Of a stretch of 64,000 nucleotides of DNA, positions 1-9,853 are shown in pieces (the first letter of the stretch is position 1; each line of letters opens with the position of its first letter). The position numbers were made by a program, and so were the translations under genes. Under the pieces are notes generated by a model, which worked only from the letters and a program-made list of their open reading frames with translations, searched no databases and was not told where the DNA came from. This DNA is from a virus. Where the stretch lies: IMG/VR virus record IMGVR_UViG_3300009183_006007, positions 11,197 to 75,196 of that record. The stretch is one strand, 5' to 3'.

Positions 1-171
1 CATTCTTGTGAGGGTGGTACTTTATACCAAACACATTCGCCTTGTAGAGATTGTTCTAAACTTATCTTACAATCAGGAATAAAAAGATTAGTATATAAAG
101 AAGATTACAAAGATACTTCAGGATTAGATTTTCTAAGAGAGGCTAAAATTGAAATAGTAAAATATGGATAA
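1..171 (+). CDS. dCMP deaminase, 3' part (truncated by window edge)
   Basis: Frame 1 reads ...GGTLYQTHSPCRDCSKLILQSGIKRLVY..., containing the PCxxC zinc motif of the dCMP deaminase family. Confidence 0.85.
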   Translation, partial: HSCEGGTLYQTHSPCRDCSKLILQSGIKRLVYKEDYKDTSGLDFLREAKIEIVKYG

Positions 172-847
172 TGAACTAAAATTAATGGTAGAAGATTTTA
201 AGGTTGAACAAATTTATAAAAACTCACTATTCTCTGTAAAAAGTATCTGTGAGCATTTAGAAATTTGGGATAATTATTCAGATGAGGAAAAGTTCAAGTT
301 AGAAAACTTTACAGCCAGAGACTCCAAATTAAATAAGAACTTTACTTATAAAGGTAAGTATGACTCAAATTTAACATATGGTGAGATAACAAAAAAAGGA
401 GTTCAAACAATAATTGAAAAGATAACTAAATATAAAGATATAAAAGAATCTGACGTATTTGCTGATATTGGAAGTGGTTGTGGTAAGTTGGTTTTACAAA
501 TGGCAGTTAAAACAAAATTCAGAAATTTAGTTGGTGTTGAGATTGTTGATATCAGAAATAAATATGCAAAATCAATATTAGAACAAATATCACCAATTGA
601 TGATAAAAAGATTTTTTTTATCAATAAAGATGTAAGAGATTTTGACTTATCTATATGTAAAGTAATATTCACCAATAATGTACTTTTTGATTCTAACCTA
701 AATAATTTAATTTATGATAGACTACCTGAAGGTTGTCATATTATATCAATGTCACCATTTAACAAATGTAAGTTCTTAAAAGACACCTTTGATGTTGAAG
801 TATCATGGTCAGATAAAAAACATAAAATTTATTATTATATAAAATGA
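164..847 (+). CDS. DOT1-like class I SAM-dependent methyltransferase
   Basis: TYGE, DVFADIGSGCGK, GVEI and VIFTNNVLF motifs as in the DOT1 catalytic domain. Confidence 0.7.
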   Translation: MDNELKLMVEDFKVEQIYKNSLFSVKSICEHLEIWDNYSDEEKFKLENFTARDSKLNKNFTYKGKYDSNLTYGEITKKGVQTIIEKITKYKDIKESDVFADIGSGCGKLVLQMAVKTKFRNLVGVEIVDIRNKYAKSILEQISPIDDKKIFFINKDVRDFDLSICKVIFTNNVLFDSNLNNLIYDRLPEGCHIISMSPFNKCKFLKDTFDVEVSWSDKKHKIYYYIK

Positions 848-1338
848 TATTTAGAGAATTTTTACAAAATATTAAAACACAATTAGTTAATGTTGAACCT
901 AAATCAATATCCGTTTACCCAATTGGTGAAAATAACCTAGAAGGTATTAAAGTTTTAATTGATAATTGTTATAGAATGGGTAGTGAAAATAACAACATTA
1001 GAGTTGCAACAATGGACCCGTCATTGTGGTTAGGTCAATTCTTAGATAAACATTGGAATAAAATTTCTTATGTAACATCATTACCAACCTTTATTATAAT
1101 GAAAGTTGAAGATAATAAAATAGTTTCAAAACAATATAATACAGAAATAAGAGAGTTTGAATCTGAAGACTTAATTAATGATTTTTTTGAAAGAGGAAGA
1201 TGGAAAACACTTGTTATATTCTCTATTATAAAACACGTTGACTTAGTTAGTCTAAGTTCAACATATCGAGTAAGATATGCTGATATAACAGAGAAGTATG
1301 AAGAAAGAGATAATATAATAAACGAAATACTTAAATAA
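844..1338 (+). CDS. hypothetical protein with C-terminal RDNIINEIL tag
   Basis: 164-aa ORF with ATGA overlap to the upstream gene. Confidence 0.7.
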   Translation: MIFREFLQNIKTQLVNVEPKSISVYPIGENNLEGIKVLIDNCYRMGSENNNIRVATMDPSLWLGQFLDKHWNKISYVTSLPTFIIMKVEDNKIVSKQYNTEIREFESEDLINDFFERGRWKTLVIFSIIKHVDLVSLSSTYRVRYADITEKYEERDNIINEILK

Positions 1339-1343
1339 AAAAT

Positions 1344-1820
1344 ATGGAATTAGTAACAACAAAAATTTGTATGGCATTTGACTTAGGAGTTCATGGTAAT
1401 TACTTTGGTGGTAATATGATGTCTCTATTAGATGAATCGGCAGCGGCTTACTCTTGTCAAATATGTGACTCGGCTAAAATGGTCACACTAAAAATAGAAG
1501 AAGTGATTTTTCAAAGTCCAGTTAAAGTAGGTAATCTTATTAAGATTTATGCTTCTGTTGATAAATTTGGAACAACTTCAATAACTATTAATCTTGAGGC
1601 AAGAAAACATAATGTTCACACAGGTAAACAAGAATTGGTATGTTCAACAAAAATGATATTTGTTAAACTAGATGAAGAAGGATCTTCCATTCCTATTTCA
1701 GATAGAGTTAAATCAAGATATTCAGATAGATTCAAAAAGTATGGTAGAGGATTACTTCATCCAGAAGAACTTGAAAAAGAAAATGAAGAAAAGAAAATTG
1801 CTAGGCTAGCAACAAAATAA
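1344..1820 (+). CDS. acyl-CoA thioesterase (hotdog fold, YciA-like)
   Basis: DLGVHGNYFGGNMMSLLDESA, VTL, PVKVG and GTTSI motifs. Confidence 0.85.
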   Translation: MELVTTKICMAFDLGVHGNYFGGNMMSLLDESAAAYSCQICDSAKMVTLKIEEVIFQSPVKVGNLIKIYASVDKFGTTSITINLEARKHNVHTGKQELVCSTKMIFVKLDEEGSSIPISDRVKSRYSDRFKKYGRGLLHPEELEKENEEKKIARLATK

Positions 1821-1829
1821 ATAAAAAAA

Positions 1830-2174
1830 ATGGAAAATTTACAATTAATAATGGCAACCGTTTTGATCACTCTAATATCAGGTGCACTGGTGGGTTCTTT
1901 AATCTACTTGGGTGTAGTTGTGAGAAAGTTAAGACGAACTGTTAAAGACAATGTAGTAGACATTACAAATCTACAAAATAACCTAAATGGTGAGGTTATA
2001 AACATATACAACAGAATAGATGAAGTTGAAAAATGTTTATATCAAAAATTAGATCAATTATATACATCATCTGATGATAATTATTCAGAATTGGATAGAA
2101 AAATAGATAGTCGATACGACAAATTGGTAGATAATATCTATAAAGATATGGAACAACTAAGACAAACAAAATAA
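1830..2174 (+). CDS. single-TM coiled-coil protein
   Basis: N-terminal hydrophobic helix followed by basic residues and a heptad-like region. Confidence 0.65.
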   Translation: MENLQLIMATVLITLISGALVGSLIYLGVVVRKLRRTVKDNVVDITNLQNNLNGEVINIYNRIDEVEKCLYQKLDQLYTSSDDNYSELDRKIDSRYDKLVDNIYKDMEQLRQTK

Positions 2175-2191
2175 TAAACTACTAGCCTAGC

Positions 2192-2221
2192 AAAAAAGAG
2201 AGTCAAATGACTCTCTTTTTT
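2192..2221. terminator. bidirectional intrinsic terminator
   Basis: AAAAAAGAGAGTCA-AA-TGACTCTCTTTTTT between convergent genes. Confidence 0.85.
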
Positions 2222-2470
2222 AGTTTAATACTTGTTTTAACTTCCAATCTCTTTCTTTAGAATTATCTTCAAATTGAAGTTCCTCTTCAGCAAATATAAT
2301 AGGAATTAAATGTTGCTTTATTTGATATTGACTTGGATATAAATCTAACTCAACTCTATAAACATTTAAGTCTTGTGTTGATTCCTTACTAGTAACTATA
2401 CTACCTACTCGATACTTAAGATCATCATAAGCTCTTGTTACAATAACAACCCGATCACCCTTTGAGAACT
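2220..2470 (-). CDS. small hypothetical protein (KFSKGDRV..., C-terminal RDWKLKQVL tag); start uncertain
   Basis: 3' part of ORF 2220..2579; the 5' part overlaps uvsE. Confidence 0.55.
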
Positions 2471-3381
2471 TTAAATTGTTGTCTGTATCTGATAACTGCC
2501 AGGTCTTTCGCTTTCGCTTCAATTTCCGTGTCAAAGTCAAGACCAAATGTTTTAATTTCTTCATAAATATAATCTGCATGTGCTGTTTGTTTTCCTGAAT
2601 TATCTTCTAATGTTTTTGGTGAACTCATATGAGTCATTGGTTGAATATCACCCCAAGTAGAACAAGCAAGTTTTAATGCCTCTTCTTGTGAGATATCTTT
2701 TGGTCCATAATTATGATGATGAAAATCATGAGTTATAGGTATTCCAATTTTCTTATAAATTAAATCATATAAAATCTTTGTTGAATATTGATTAGGACCA
2801 TCGTCATTTTCAACAACCAATCTTCTACGACAAGACTCACTTAAATTAAAAAATTGTTTACAGAATCTGTCAGCAGCTTCTTCTCTTGTTGGTTTGGTGG
2901 TATTAACATGTATGTTAATTGGATAATAACGGGTCTGATCTAAACACATTAAATCCATTATTTGAGCATGTTTATCTAATTCATCAATAGCATTTTTAAC
3001 AACAATTGGATTTTCACTAGCTGGAATACAGAAGTGTGTTGGGTGAAAAGAAAGTCTTATTTTTTTAGACTTTGAATAATCACCTATTGACTTTAACTTA
3101 TCTGATATAAGTTTGAAGTTTGGTAAATCTTCTAATTTATAAAAACCAATACATGGAAACATGTCACTTGACATTCTATAAACAAAAATATTATTTTTTA
3201 CATTCCATTGAAGTATTTTTTCAAGATCATTTATATTCTGTATGGCTAACTCAGATACATATCCAAGACCTTTAGTCTCAAATGTCTTTTTAGTCATTCC
3301 TCTATTGACTGTTATTTGGTCTTTTTTCTTTTTACCCTCGTTTATCGAGATATTAATACAACAATATCCTATATTACCCAT
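2455..3381 (-). CDS. uvsE: UV damage endonuclease
   Basis: IGYCCIN, YRMSSDMFP, RLSFHP, RLVVENDD, DFHHH, AHADYI and EAKAKDLA motifs. Confidence 0.92.
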   Translation of the reverse strand: MGNIGYCCINISINEGKKKKDQITVNRGMTKKTFETKGLGYVSELAIQNINDLEKILQWNVKNNIFVYRMSSDMFPCIGFYKLEDLPNFKLISDKLKSIGDYSKSKKIRLSFHPTHFCIPASENPIVVKNAIDELDKHAQIMDLMCLDQTRYYPINIHVNTTKPTREEAADRFCKQFFNLSESCRRRLVVENDDGPNQYSTKILYDLIYKKIGIPITHDFHHHNYGPKDISQEEALKLACSTWGDIQPMTHMSSPKTLEDNSGKQTAHADYIYEEIKTFGLDFDTEIEAKAKDLAVIRYRQQFKVLKG

Positions 3382-3386
3382 AAATA

Positions 3387-3394
3387 CAAATATA
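3387..3394 (-). promoter_or_regulatory. Bacteroidota sigma70-type -7 box (TATATTTG); further copies at 12161, 12981, 16608, 20366, 23871, 53393, 53830, 55400, 56923, 61808
   Basis: Matches TAnnTTTG; each copy lies just upstream of a minus-strand gene or tRNA. Confidence 0.8.
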
Positions 3395-3542
3395 CTAAAA
3401 AATAATATATAGTATATGATAATTTATAGAATTTTTAATAAAATAATATCACACCAAGAAAAGTAACTTGGTGTATTAAAAAGAACAACCTAGATACACC
3501 TGGTAAAAATTATTGGCAAACCAATAAATAGAATTAATTTTT

Positions 3543-3550
3543 AATATATA
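3543..3550 (+). promoter_or_regulatory. putative phage late promoter AATATATA; further copies at 6112, 12181, 16642, 19382, 21460, 23905, 53850, 56971 (+) and 11480 (-)
   Basis: Recurs 4-25 nt before ATGs, including before the neck-protein gene; analogous to the T4 late box TATAAATA. Confidence 0.7.
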
Positions 3551-3554
3551 CAAT

Positions 3555-4121
3555 ATGAGAATTATAAAATACACAGAGTTTATTAAAGAAGAATTTACAG
3601 ACACTCCAGAATCATATATTGAGGTAGCTCTTAAACAAATTAAGAAGAAAATCGACAAGATGTTTGAATTTCAAGAGGCTATTGATACTGAACCATCTGA
3701 TGAAGAAGAAGGTGATAAAGAAATCAGAAAAGCTAAATTAGATAGTAAGAAGAAGTCAGAGATGTCATTCAAAGATTTGGGTGTGAGACTTGAAAGTTCG
3801 GAGATATCAAAATATTCTAAACTTCATGACTCTTTAACTATTAAATTTTCAGATGATGAAGCAACTTATAGCTTACTTATATCAATTGACTTAAAAGATG
3901 CTCTACCAAAAGATCCAAATGGTGACTATTCATATGAAGACATTGAGAAATGTTATATGAAACTAAAGAAATATAATCTTGATACATTTGAAGTTATTGG
4001 TCAAATAACTAAAAATGTTGAGATTAAGAAAATTGACGAAGATTTCCTAATTAGTTTAAAAATTGATATGGATGATAAATTCGGAGATGATGAAGAATTT
4101 GAAATTGAAACCAATGATTAA
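3555..4121 (+). CDS. hypothetical protein with capsid-targeting-like leader (MRIIKYTEFIKEE)
   Basis: 188-aa ORF directly after an AATATATA box. Confidence 0.75.
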   Translation: MRIIKYTEFIKEEFTDTPESYIEVALKQIKKKIDKMFEFQEAIDTEPSDEEEGDKEIRKAKLDSKKKSEMSFKDLGVRLESSEISKYSKLHDSLTIKFSDDEATYSLLISIDLKDALPKDPNGDYSYEDIEKCYMKLKKYNLDTFEVIGQITKNVEIKKIDEDFLISLKIDMDDKFGDDEEFEIETND

Positions 4122-4319
4122 AAAGTATAAAGAATTTTCAATTAACTTGGCATATGTCTTGGAGTAATAGAAGAAATTATGAATTCGACTATGATGTTAA
4201 GTTAGTTGATAATAAGATACATCTTATTTATAAACAGATGTTTCAACTTGATAGACATAATCGCAGAATAGAACCTGAAAATTAATAAAGGAGACATCAT
4301 TTATTTTAATAAATAGTGT

Positions 4320-4838
4320 ATGGTATATAATGTAGTAACAAATGCGATGGTTATGAATGAAGTAAAAAAATGTAGATACTTCAAAATGAATCTTGGTCTC
4401 GCAGCAACAGTCGATAAAGGAGTTAAAAGAGATTACAATGATAAAGATAAGTTCTCTTATAACTATTCAAATACTTATAAAACATTTATTTACGCTCAAG
4501 GTAATGTTGGTGATATAAAATTTTATATTGACCATTATATTAAAGATCCAGTAATGGCAGTTTATTACTCTGATAATTTTGAGGAGTTTTTATTTGATAT
4601 TGATTTTAATCAAATAAAAGAAAAAGGAATAGATGGATTTTTAGGATATATCTTGAAAGAAGTAGATACTCAATATGAGGAAAGACTAAAAGAAAATACT
4701 TTAAAGAAAGCTGAACCTAAAAAATCTGGTAATCCTGATTTAGTTCTTCAAAATCCAGGAGCCGTAACATATGAAGATTTGAAAGCTTATTTAGAAATAG
4801 AAAGATCACAAAGATATAAAAATAATAATCAGTTATGA
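4320..4838 (+). CDS. hypothetical protein
   Basis: 172-aa ORF overlapping the endolysin start. Confidence 0.7.
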   Translation: MVYNVVTNAMVMNEVKKCRYFKMNLGLAATVDKGVKRDYNDKDKFSYNYSNTYKTFIYAQGNVGDIKFYIDHYIKDPVMAVYYSDNFEEFLFDIDFNQIKEKGIDGFLGYILKEVDTQYEERLKENTLKKAEPKKSGNPDLVLQNPGAVTYEDLKAYLEIERSQRYKNNNQL

Positions 4839-5794
4839 AATTAAGTAGAGTGCTAACAATATCGATGTCTGGAGATGATGTAACATTTCTACAGACTAAT
4901 TTAAAAAACTTTGGTTTCTTAAAAGAAAGAATTGATGGTTATTTTGGACAGAATACACTTGTGGCTGTTACAAACTTCCAAAGAAAGATGAACATAAAGG
5001 CCGATGGTGTTGTGGGTTCTTTAACTTGGAGTAAAATGATAAACTATGGTAAACCAGTAGAAGTTAAAGTAGTATCAGTTCCGAAATATGAAGACATACC
5101 ACTTAAAGTTTCTCATATTGGTGAGAGTGGTTTTAAAATATACGATTGTTTATTATCTGATGATGAATATATTAAAACAGAAACTAGAAAAGAAACAATC
5201 TATTTACATCACACCGCTGGTGGTTCTAGACCGGATTGGACTGTAGGTGGTTGGGAAAAAGATACTGATAATAATGGAAATTCATTAAAAGTTGCAACAG
5301 CTTATGTCATAGGTAGAAAGTCATCGTCTTCAAATGAAACCATATGGGATGGTAAGATTATAAGAACATTTGATGATAGATATTGGGCTTATCATTTAGG
5401 TATTAAAAAAGATAATGTTGAATTAAACTCAAAATCAATTGGTATAGAAATTTGTAATTATGGTCCACTTACTAAAAGAGGTGATGTTTTTTATAACTAT
5501 GTTAATAAACCAATTCCTGAAAGTGATGTTGTTAAATTAGATAAACCATTTAGAGGGTATCAATATTATGAGAAATACACAGAATATCAAATAGAAAGTC
5601 TTAGATTGTTACTTCTTTATTTATCAAATAGATGGGGTATAGAATTTGAAAAAGGTATTTATAACGAAGAGTGGTTTGAATATAATGACAAATGGTTTAC
5701 AAATGGTGGATTAAGAAGTCACACACAAGTTAGAAAAGATAAAATTGACGTATTTCCTCAACCAGAGTTAATCCAGATGTTAAATAGTCTTTAA
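4835..5794 (+). CDS. endolysin: peptidoglycan-binding domain plus Amidase_2
   Basis: GDDVTFLQ..IDGYFGQNT..FQ..ADGVVGSLT (PG_binding_1); LHHTAG, WAYHLG, SIGIEI and SHT..RKDKID (zinc amidase). Confidence 0.9.
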   Translation: MKLSRVLTISMSGDDVTFLQTNLKNFGFLKERIDGYFGQNTLVAVTNFQRKMNIKADGVVGSLTWSKMINYGKPVEVKVVSVPKYEDIPLKVSHIGESGFKIYDCLLSDDEYIKTETRKETIYLHHTAGGSRPDWTVGGWEKDTDNNGNSLKVATAYVIGRKSSSSNETIWDGKIIRTFDDRYWAYHLGIKKDNVELNSKSIGIEICNYGPLTKRGDVFYNYVNKPIPESDVVKLDKPFRGYQYYEKYTEYQIESLRLLLLYLSNRWGIEFEKGIYNEEWFEYNDKWFTNGGLRSHTQVRKDKIDVFPQPELIQMLNSL

Positions 5795-6051
5795 TTATAG
5801 ATAATTGCTAAAGTCTTATAGATAATTATTTGATTTTCAGTAGAAAGTTCTTCAAAATCAATAAAGTAGTCTATATCATCATCTTCAAAAATGTGAAGTA
5901 GTATAACCTCTTCTTCTTCTAACCATTCAATAGAATTAAAGGTCATATCCCCGACGTTTATATCAATAACTAACTCATATAAACCTATACCTAATATTTT
6001 AATTAGGTCTCTTACTTTTTCCTTCATTCTTGACGAGATAATTTTTTTCAT
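5791..6051 (-). CDS. small acidic hypothetical protein
   Basis: 86-aa ORF behind a minus-strand AATATATA box. Confidence 0.6.
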   Translation of the reverse strand: MKKIISSRMKEKVRDLIKILGIGLYELVIDINVGDMTFNSIEWLEEEEVILLHIFEDDDIDYFIDFEELSTENQIIIYKTLAIIYN

Positions 6052-6142
6052 TTCTATATATATTATTGTGTTATAATATAAAAAAATATCAATATTGGAA
6101 TTTTCAAAATTAATATATATTGGTAGAAAATAATTTTAAAAT

Positions 6143-7402
6143 ATGTCAATATTAAGATATAATGATTACATCTCGGAGAAAATGGCTTATGAGATGATAC
6201 TTGAGTCAAAAGTTATCTATTCAAAGAAGTTTATTAATTTACTTAGTAAAATGAAAACGAATAAATTAGCAAAAGAATTATTAAACCTTTATTCAAAAGA
6301 TGTTGATGCTCTAACACAAAATTATATCGATATTACTGATGAAAAAGATGCTGTGAGTTTTACACCTGATAGAAAGGTTCAAGAATTAACTAAAGATAAA
6401 CCAGAAACTTGGTCTGTTACGGATTCTCAAAGATACTTAACTAAAAGTGATAGAAATAATAAAATATTTGAAGCTTTAGGATATGATAAAGAAAAATATG
6501 AATGTTGGGCACCAGAAGTAGATACAGTTGGATTAATACTTTCTGAGACAGTTAGTAGATCATCTGGTAAAATATATGTAATGTTTCAAGAGTATAAAGC
6601 AACAGATGAACCTAGAATCGGTGTTATTAACAAAGATGCTTTGGAATTATCAGATGCTGAAGATATGAGAATTTGGTCAACATCAAGAAATCCAATTAAA
6701 ATAGGTAGACTAGTAAGAGCTATTTTAAATGCCGCTAAAATTACATTTGTTGATAAAGACATTGAAGATTTTACAAATACATATAAAGCAACTTATGACT
6801 TTGCTAAAGATGCTCTTAGACAATTTGATATTGTTAAAGGTGATAAGATTGCTTATTGGTATAATCAAGATAATTATGTAGATGGTGGTGGTTCTTTAAA
6901 TAACTCTTGTATGGCTGATGTAGATACTGATGATTATTTTGATATTTATACACAAAATCCTCAAGTATCACTTGTTATTCTTTATGGAGATACTGGTGTT
7001 ATAGATGGTGATAAGTATAGTGCCGATCTTATTAAAGGAAGAGCAATTCTTTGGGATTGTAAATTAGATGGTCAACCCGTTAAATTTATGGATAGAGTAT
7101 ATACTACTCACGATTCTGATGTTGAGTTATTCAAACAATTTGCTGAAAAGAATGGATGGTGGTATAAAAAATCACAATCTATGGAACCAAGTGAAAAATT
7201 AACAAATGGTTCAGATGTTAAAAAAGGAGTAATAATTGCTAATCTTAATGATACTGACTTTAATTATTATCCTTATTGTGACACTATGTGTTATATTGAT
7301 AGTGAATCAGGTGTTGTTTCAAATACATATTGGGATGATTCTAATAAACTTTTAAGAGATACTGGAGGTGAGTATGAAGATTCATATGATATGGAAGATT
7401 AA
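6143..7402 (+). CDS. hypothetical protein, paralog of 56985..58856
   Basis: Shared SRNxxxxGR, SLNNSCM, GRAILW, FMDRVYT and YPYCDT motifs. Confidence 0.8.
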   Translation: MSILRYNDYISEKMAYEMILESKVIYSKKFINLLSKMKTNKLAKELLNLYSKDVDALTQNYIDITDEKDAVSFTPDRKVQELTKDKPETWSVTDSQRYLTKSDRNNKIFEALGYDKEKYECWAPEVDTVGLILSETVSRSSGKIYVMFQEYKATDEPRIGVINKDALELSDAEDMRIWSTSRNPIKIGRLVRAILNAAKITFVDKDIEDFTNTYKATYDFAKDALRQFDIVKGDKIAYWYNQDNYVDGGGSLNNSCMADVDTDDYFDIYTQNPQVSLVILYGDTGVIDGDKYSADLIKGRAILWDCKLDGQPVKFMDRVYTTHDSDVELFKQFAEKNGWWYKKSQSMEPSEKLTNGSDVKKGVIIANLNDTDFNYYPYCDTMCYIDSESGVVSNTYWDDSNKLLRDTGGEYEDSYDMED

Positions 7403-7409
7403 ATAATAA

Positions 7410-7437
7410 AAAAACCCAGTCAAATAACTGGGTTTTT
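7410..7437. terminator. bidirectional terminator (ACCCAGT family)
   Basis: AAAAACCCAGT-CAAATA-ACTGGGTTTTT. Confidence 0.85.
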
Positions 7438-7558
7438 GTTTTTCATACTAATCAATAAACGGGGTTAAAACATCAGGCTCTATGCTTTCGTTTCCTTACC
7501 TTATTACTAATAGGTTTCTGCTCCGTTCCTTTTCCTGACTTACAACCTAATGAAAGTA

Positions 7559-9451
7559 TTACTTAACTTCTTCATAAGATGTATCTTCAACGTCTCCACC
7601 GCCATTACCATTGTCAGTGCTTTCGTTAGAACTTTGTGGTTCTTCTTGAGATTGTTGATATAATCTTGTACTAATTGTTTGCCAAGTTTCATTTAACTTA
7701 TTAGATGTTTCATCAATTGATGTTACATCTTTTTCTGAGTGAGCCTTTTTCAAAGCATCTAAGTCAGTATTAAGTAAAGACTTATCTTCATCAGTCAACT
7801 TATCAGAAAATTCTTTGATTTGTTTTTCTGTTTGGAAGATAAGATTATCAGCCATGTTTACTTTGTCAACCAATTCTCTTTCGAGACGATCAGACTCAGC
7901 ATTTAACTCAGCCTCAGCTTTCATTTTTTCAATTTCCTCTTTAGATAGTTGAGAACCACCTTCAATTCGGATTTTGTTTTCTTTACCACTAGCTTTATCT
8001 TTAGCAGATACAGATAGAATACCATTAGCATCAATATCTAATGTTACTTCTACTTGAGGAATACCTCTCGGAGCTGGCATGATACCATCAAGATGGAATC
8101 TACCTAACGAACGGTTATCCTTAGCCATTGGTCTTTCACCTTGTAGAACGTGAATTTCTACAGATGGTTGATTGTCAGAAGCTGTTGAGAACGTTTCAGA
8201 CTTACGGGTCGGAATTGTTGTATTAGCTTCAATCAACTTAGTCATCACACTACCCATAGTCTCAATACCTAAAGATAGAGGTGTTACATCAAGAAGAAGA
8301 ACATCAGTAATACCACCACTCAAAACAGCTCCTTGAATAGCCGCTCCTAAAGCAACAACTTCATCAGGGTTAACAGATTTGTTTGGTTTCTTACCTAAGT
8401 ACTTCTCAATTGCTTCTTGAATAGAAGGTATTCTTGTAGAACCACCAACAAGAATTACTTCATCAATGTCAGATGGTTTAAGTCCTGCATTCTTCAAAGC
8501 ACTTTTAGCACAAGCGATAGCTCTATCAACAAGACTTGAGGTCATTTGATCAAACTTAGCTTTAGTTAATTGTTTAACGAAGTGTAAAGGAATACCATCT
8601 TTAGCAGTGATGTATGGAAGATTGATTTCTGATTGAGAAGTTGAAGATAATTCAATTTTCGCTTTCTCAGCAGCTTCTTTCAAACGTTGAAGACCCATAG
8701 CATCTTTTGAAAGATCCATTCCGTGTTCAGATTTGAATTCATCAACCATCCAAGTAATGATTGCGTTATCAAAGTCGTCACCACCTAAGTGAGTATCACC
8801 ATCAGTAGATTTAACTTCAAATACACCATCACCAATTTCTAGAACTGATACATCATGAGTACCACCACCACAATCGAATACTAAGATTTTAGAATCTGTA
8901 TTCTTTTTATCTAACCCGTAAGCTAGAGCTGCCGCAGTTGGCTCATTAATGATACGCTCAACTTTCAAACCAGCGATTTCACCAGCTTCAATAGTTGCAG
9001 TTCTTTCAGCGTCCCCGAAGTAAGCAGGAACCGTAATAACAGCTCTTTTTACTTCATATCCTAAATAGTCTTCAGCAGTTTTCTTCATTTTCTGAAGAAT
9101 CATTGCTGAGATTTCTTGTGGAGTGAAAGTTCTATCATCGATTTTAACACCTGGTACATTTTTACCAGCTTTAACAACTTCATAAGGAACTCTCGTTACC
9201 TCATCAGTGCAAGCTGAAAAATCTTTACCAATGAACCTCTTAATAGAGTAAACAGTATTTTTTGGATTGGTAACTGCTTGTCTTTTAGCGGGGTCTCCAA
9301 TTTTTCTATCTTTGTCGGTAAATCCGACAACTGAAGGAGTTGTTCTTTTCCCTTCAGAGTTGGTGATTACGATTGGTTCACCACCTTCAACTACAGCTAC
9401 ACATGAGTTTGTAGTTCCTAAGTCAATTCCAATAATTACGTCTTTTGCCAT
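7559..9451 (-). CDS. dnaK: Hsp70 chaperone DnaK
   Basis: [39 protein letters not shown] and NPDEVVA motifs. Confidence 0.98.
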   Translation of the reverse strand: MAKDVIIGIDLGTTNSCVAVVEGGEPIVITNSEGKRTTPSVVGFTDKDRKIGDPAKRQAVTNPKNTVYSIKRFIGKDFSACTDEVTRVPYEVVKAGKNVPGVKIDDRTFTPQEISAMILQKMKKTAEDYLGYEVKRAVITVPAYFGDAERTATIEAGEIAGLKVERIINEPTAAALAYGLDKKNTDSKILVFDCGGGTHDVSVLEIGDGVFEVKSTDGDTHLGGDDFDNAIITWMVDEFKSEHGMDLSKDAMGLQRLKEAAEKAKIELSSTSQSEINLPYITAKDGIPLHFVKQLTKAKFDQMTSSLVDRAIACAKSALKNAGLKPSDIDEVILVGGSTRIPSIQEAIEKYLGKKPNKSVNPDEVVALGAAIQGAVLSGGITDVLLLDVTPLSLGIETMGSVMTKLIEANTTIPTRKSETFSTASDNQPSVEIHVLQGERPMAKDNRSLGRFHLDGIMPAPRGIPQVEVTLDIDANGILSVSAKDKASGKENKIRIEGGSQLSKEEIEKMKAEAELNAESDRLERELVDKVNMADNLIFQTEKQIKEFSDKLTDEDKSLLNTDLDALKKAHSEKDVTSIDETSNKLNETWQTISTRLYQQSQEEPQSSNESTDNGNGGGDVEDTSYEEVK

Positions 9452-9483
9452 ATTTATTTTTTCTTTTTTTTATTACTATTATA

Positions 9484-9523
9484 TCAATTTACTTGCCAAA
9501 GTTTATTATGTGACATTTTGTCA
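9484..9523 (-). promoter_or_regulatory. sigma54-like -24/-12 promoter plus upstream TGACA-N3-TGTCA palindrome
   Basis: Minus strand TGGC-AAGTAAA-TTGA at 9498..9484 with canonical 7-nt spacing; palindrome at 9511..9523. Confidence 0.6.
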
Positions 9524-9583
9524 TATATTTTTTCTTAACATAAGATTATATTTTTTGATATTAAAAAAGTTTATATATAACTA

Positions 9584-9853
9584 ATGAAATTTATAAAAGA
9601 ATGGTCTGAATGGAATCCTACATTAAATAAGGAAGTTTTAGATTTTGTTGAAACCAATAAAGTGAACTTAAGACATCTTTGGAAAGATGATATGAGTGAA
9701 GAAGAAAATATGAAATTCTTAATAGATTACTTTACTGAATACCCAGATGAAATGACTTCTTCTATAAAGACTGACAAAATTAAATCAGTAACACCTATAT
9801 CCGGTATTAAAAATGCGGTTCCGACTCTTCAAAATATTGGAGGTGTTTGTTAA
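9584..9853 (+). CDS. hypothetical protein
   Basis: 89-aa ORF after a TTATATATA box; MKFIKEW leader variant. Confidence 0.65.
   Translation: MKFIKEWSEWNPTLNKEVLDFVETNKVNLRHLWKDDMSEEENMKFLIDYFTEYPDEMTSSIKTDKIKSVTPISGIKNAVPTLQNIGGVC

Noticed and set aside
7441-7556. SRP (4.5S) RNA call
   Set aside because: The element lacks the CC-GGAA-GG tetraloop helix of the SRP core; it is kept only as an unclassified candidate.
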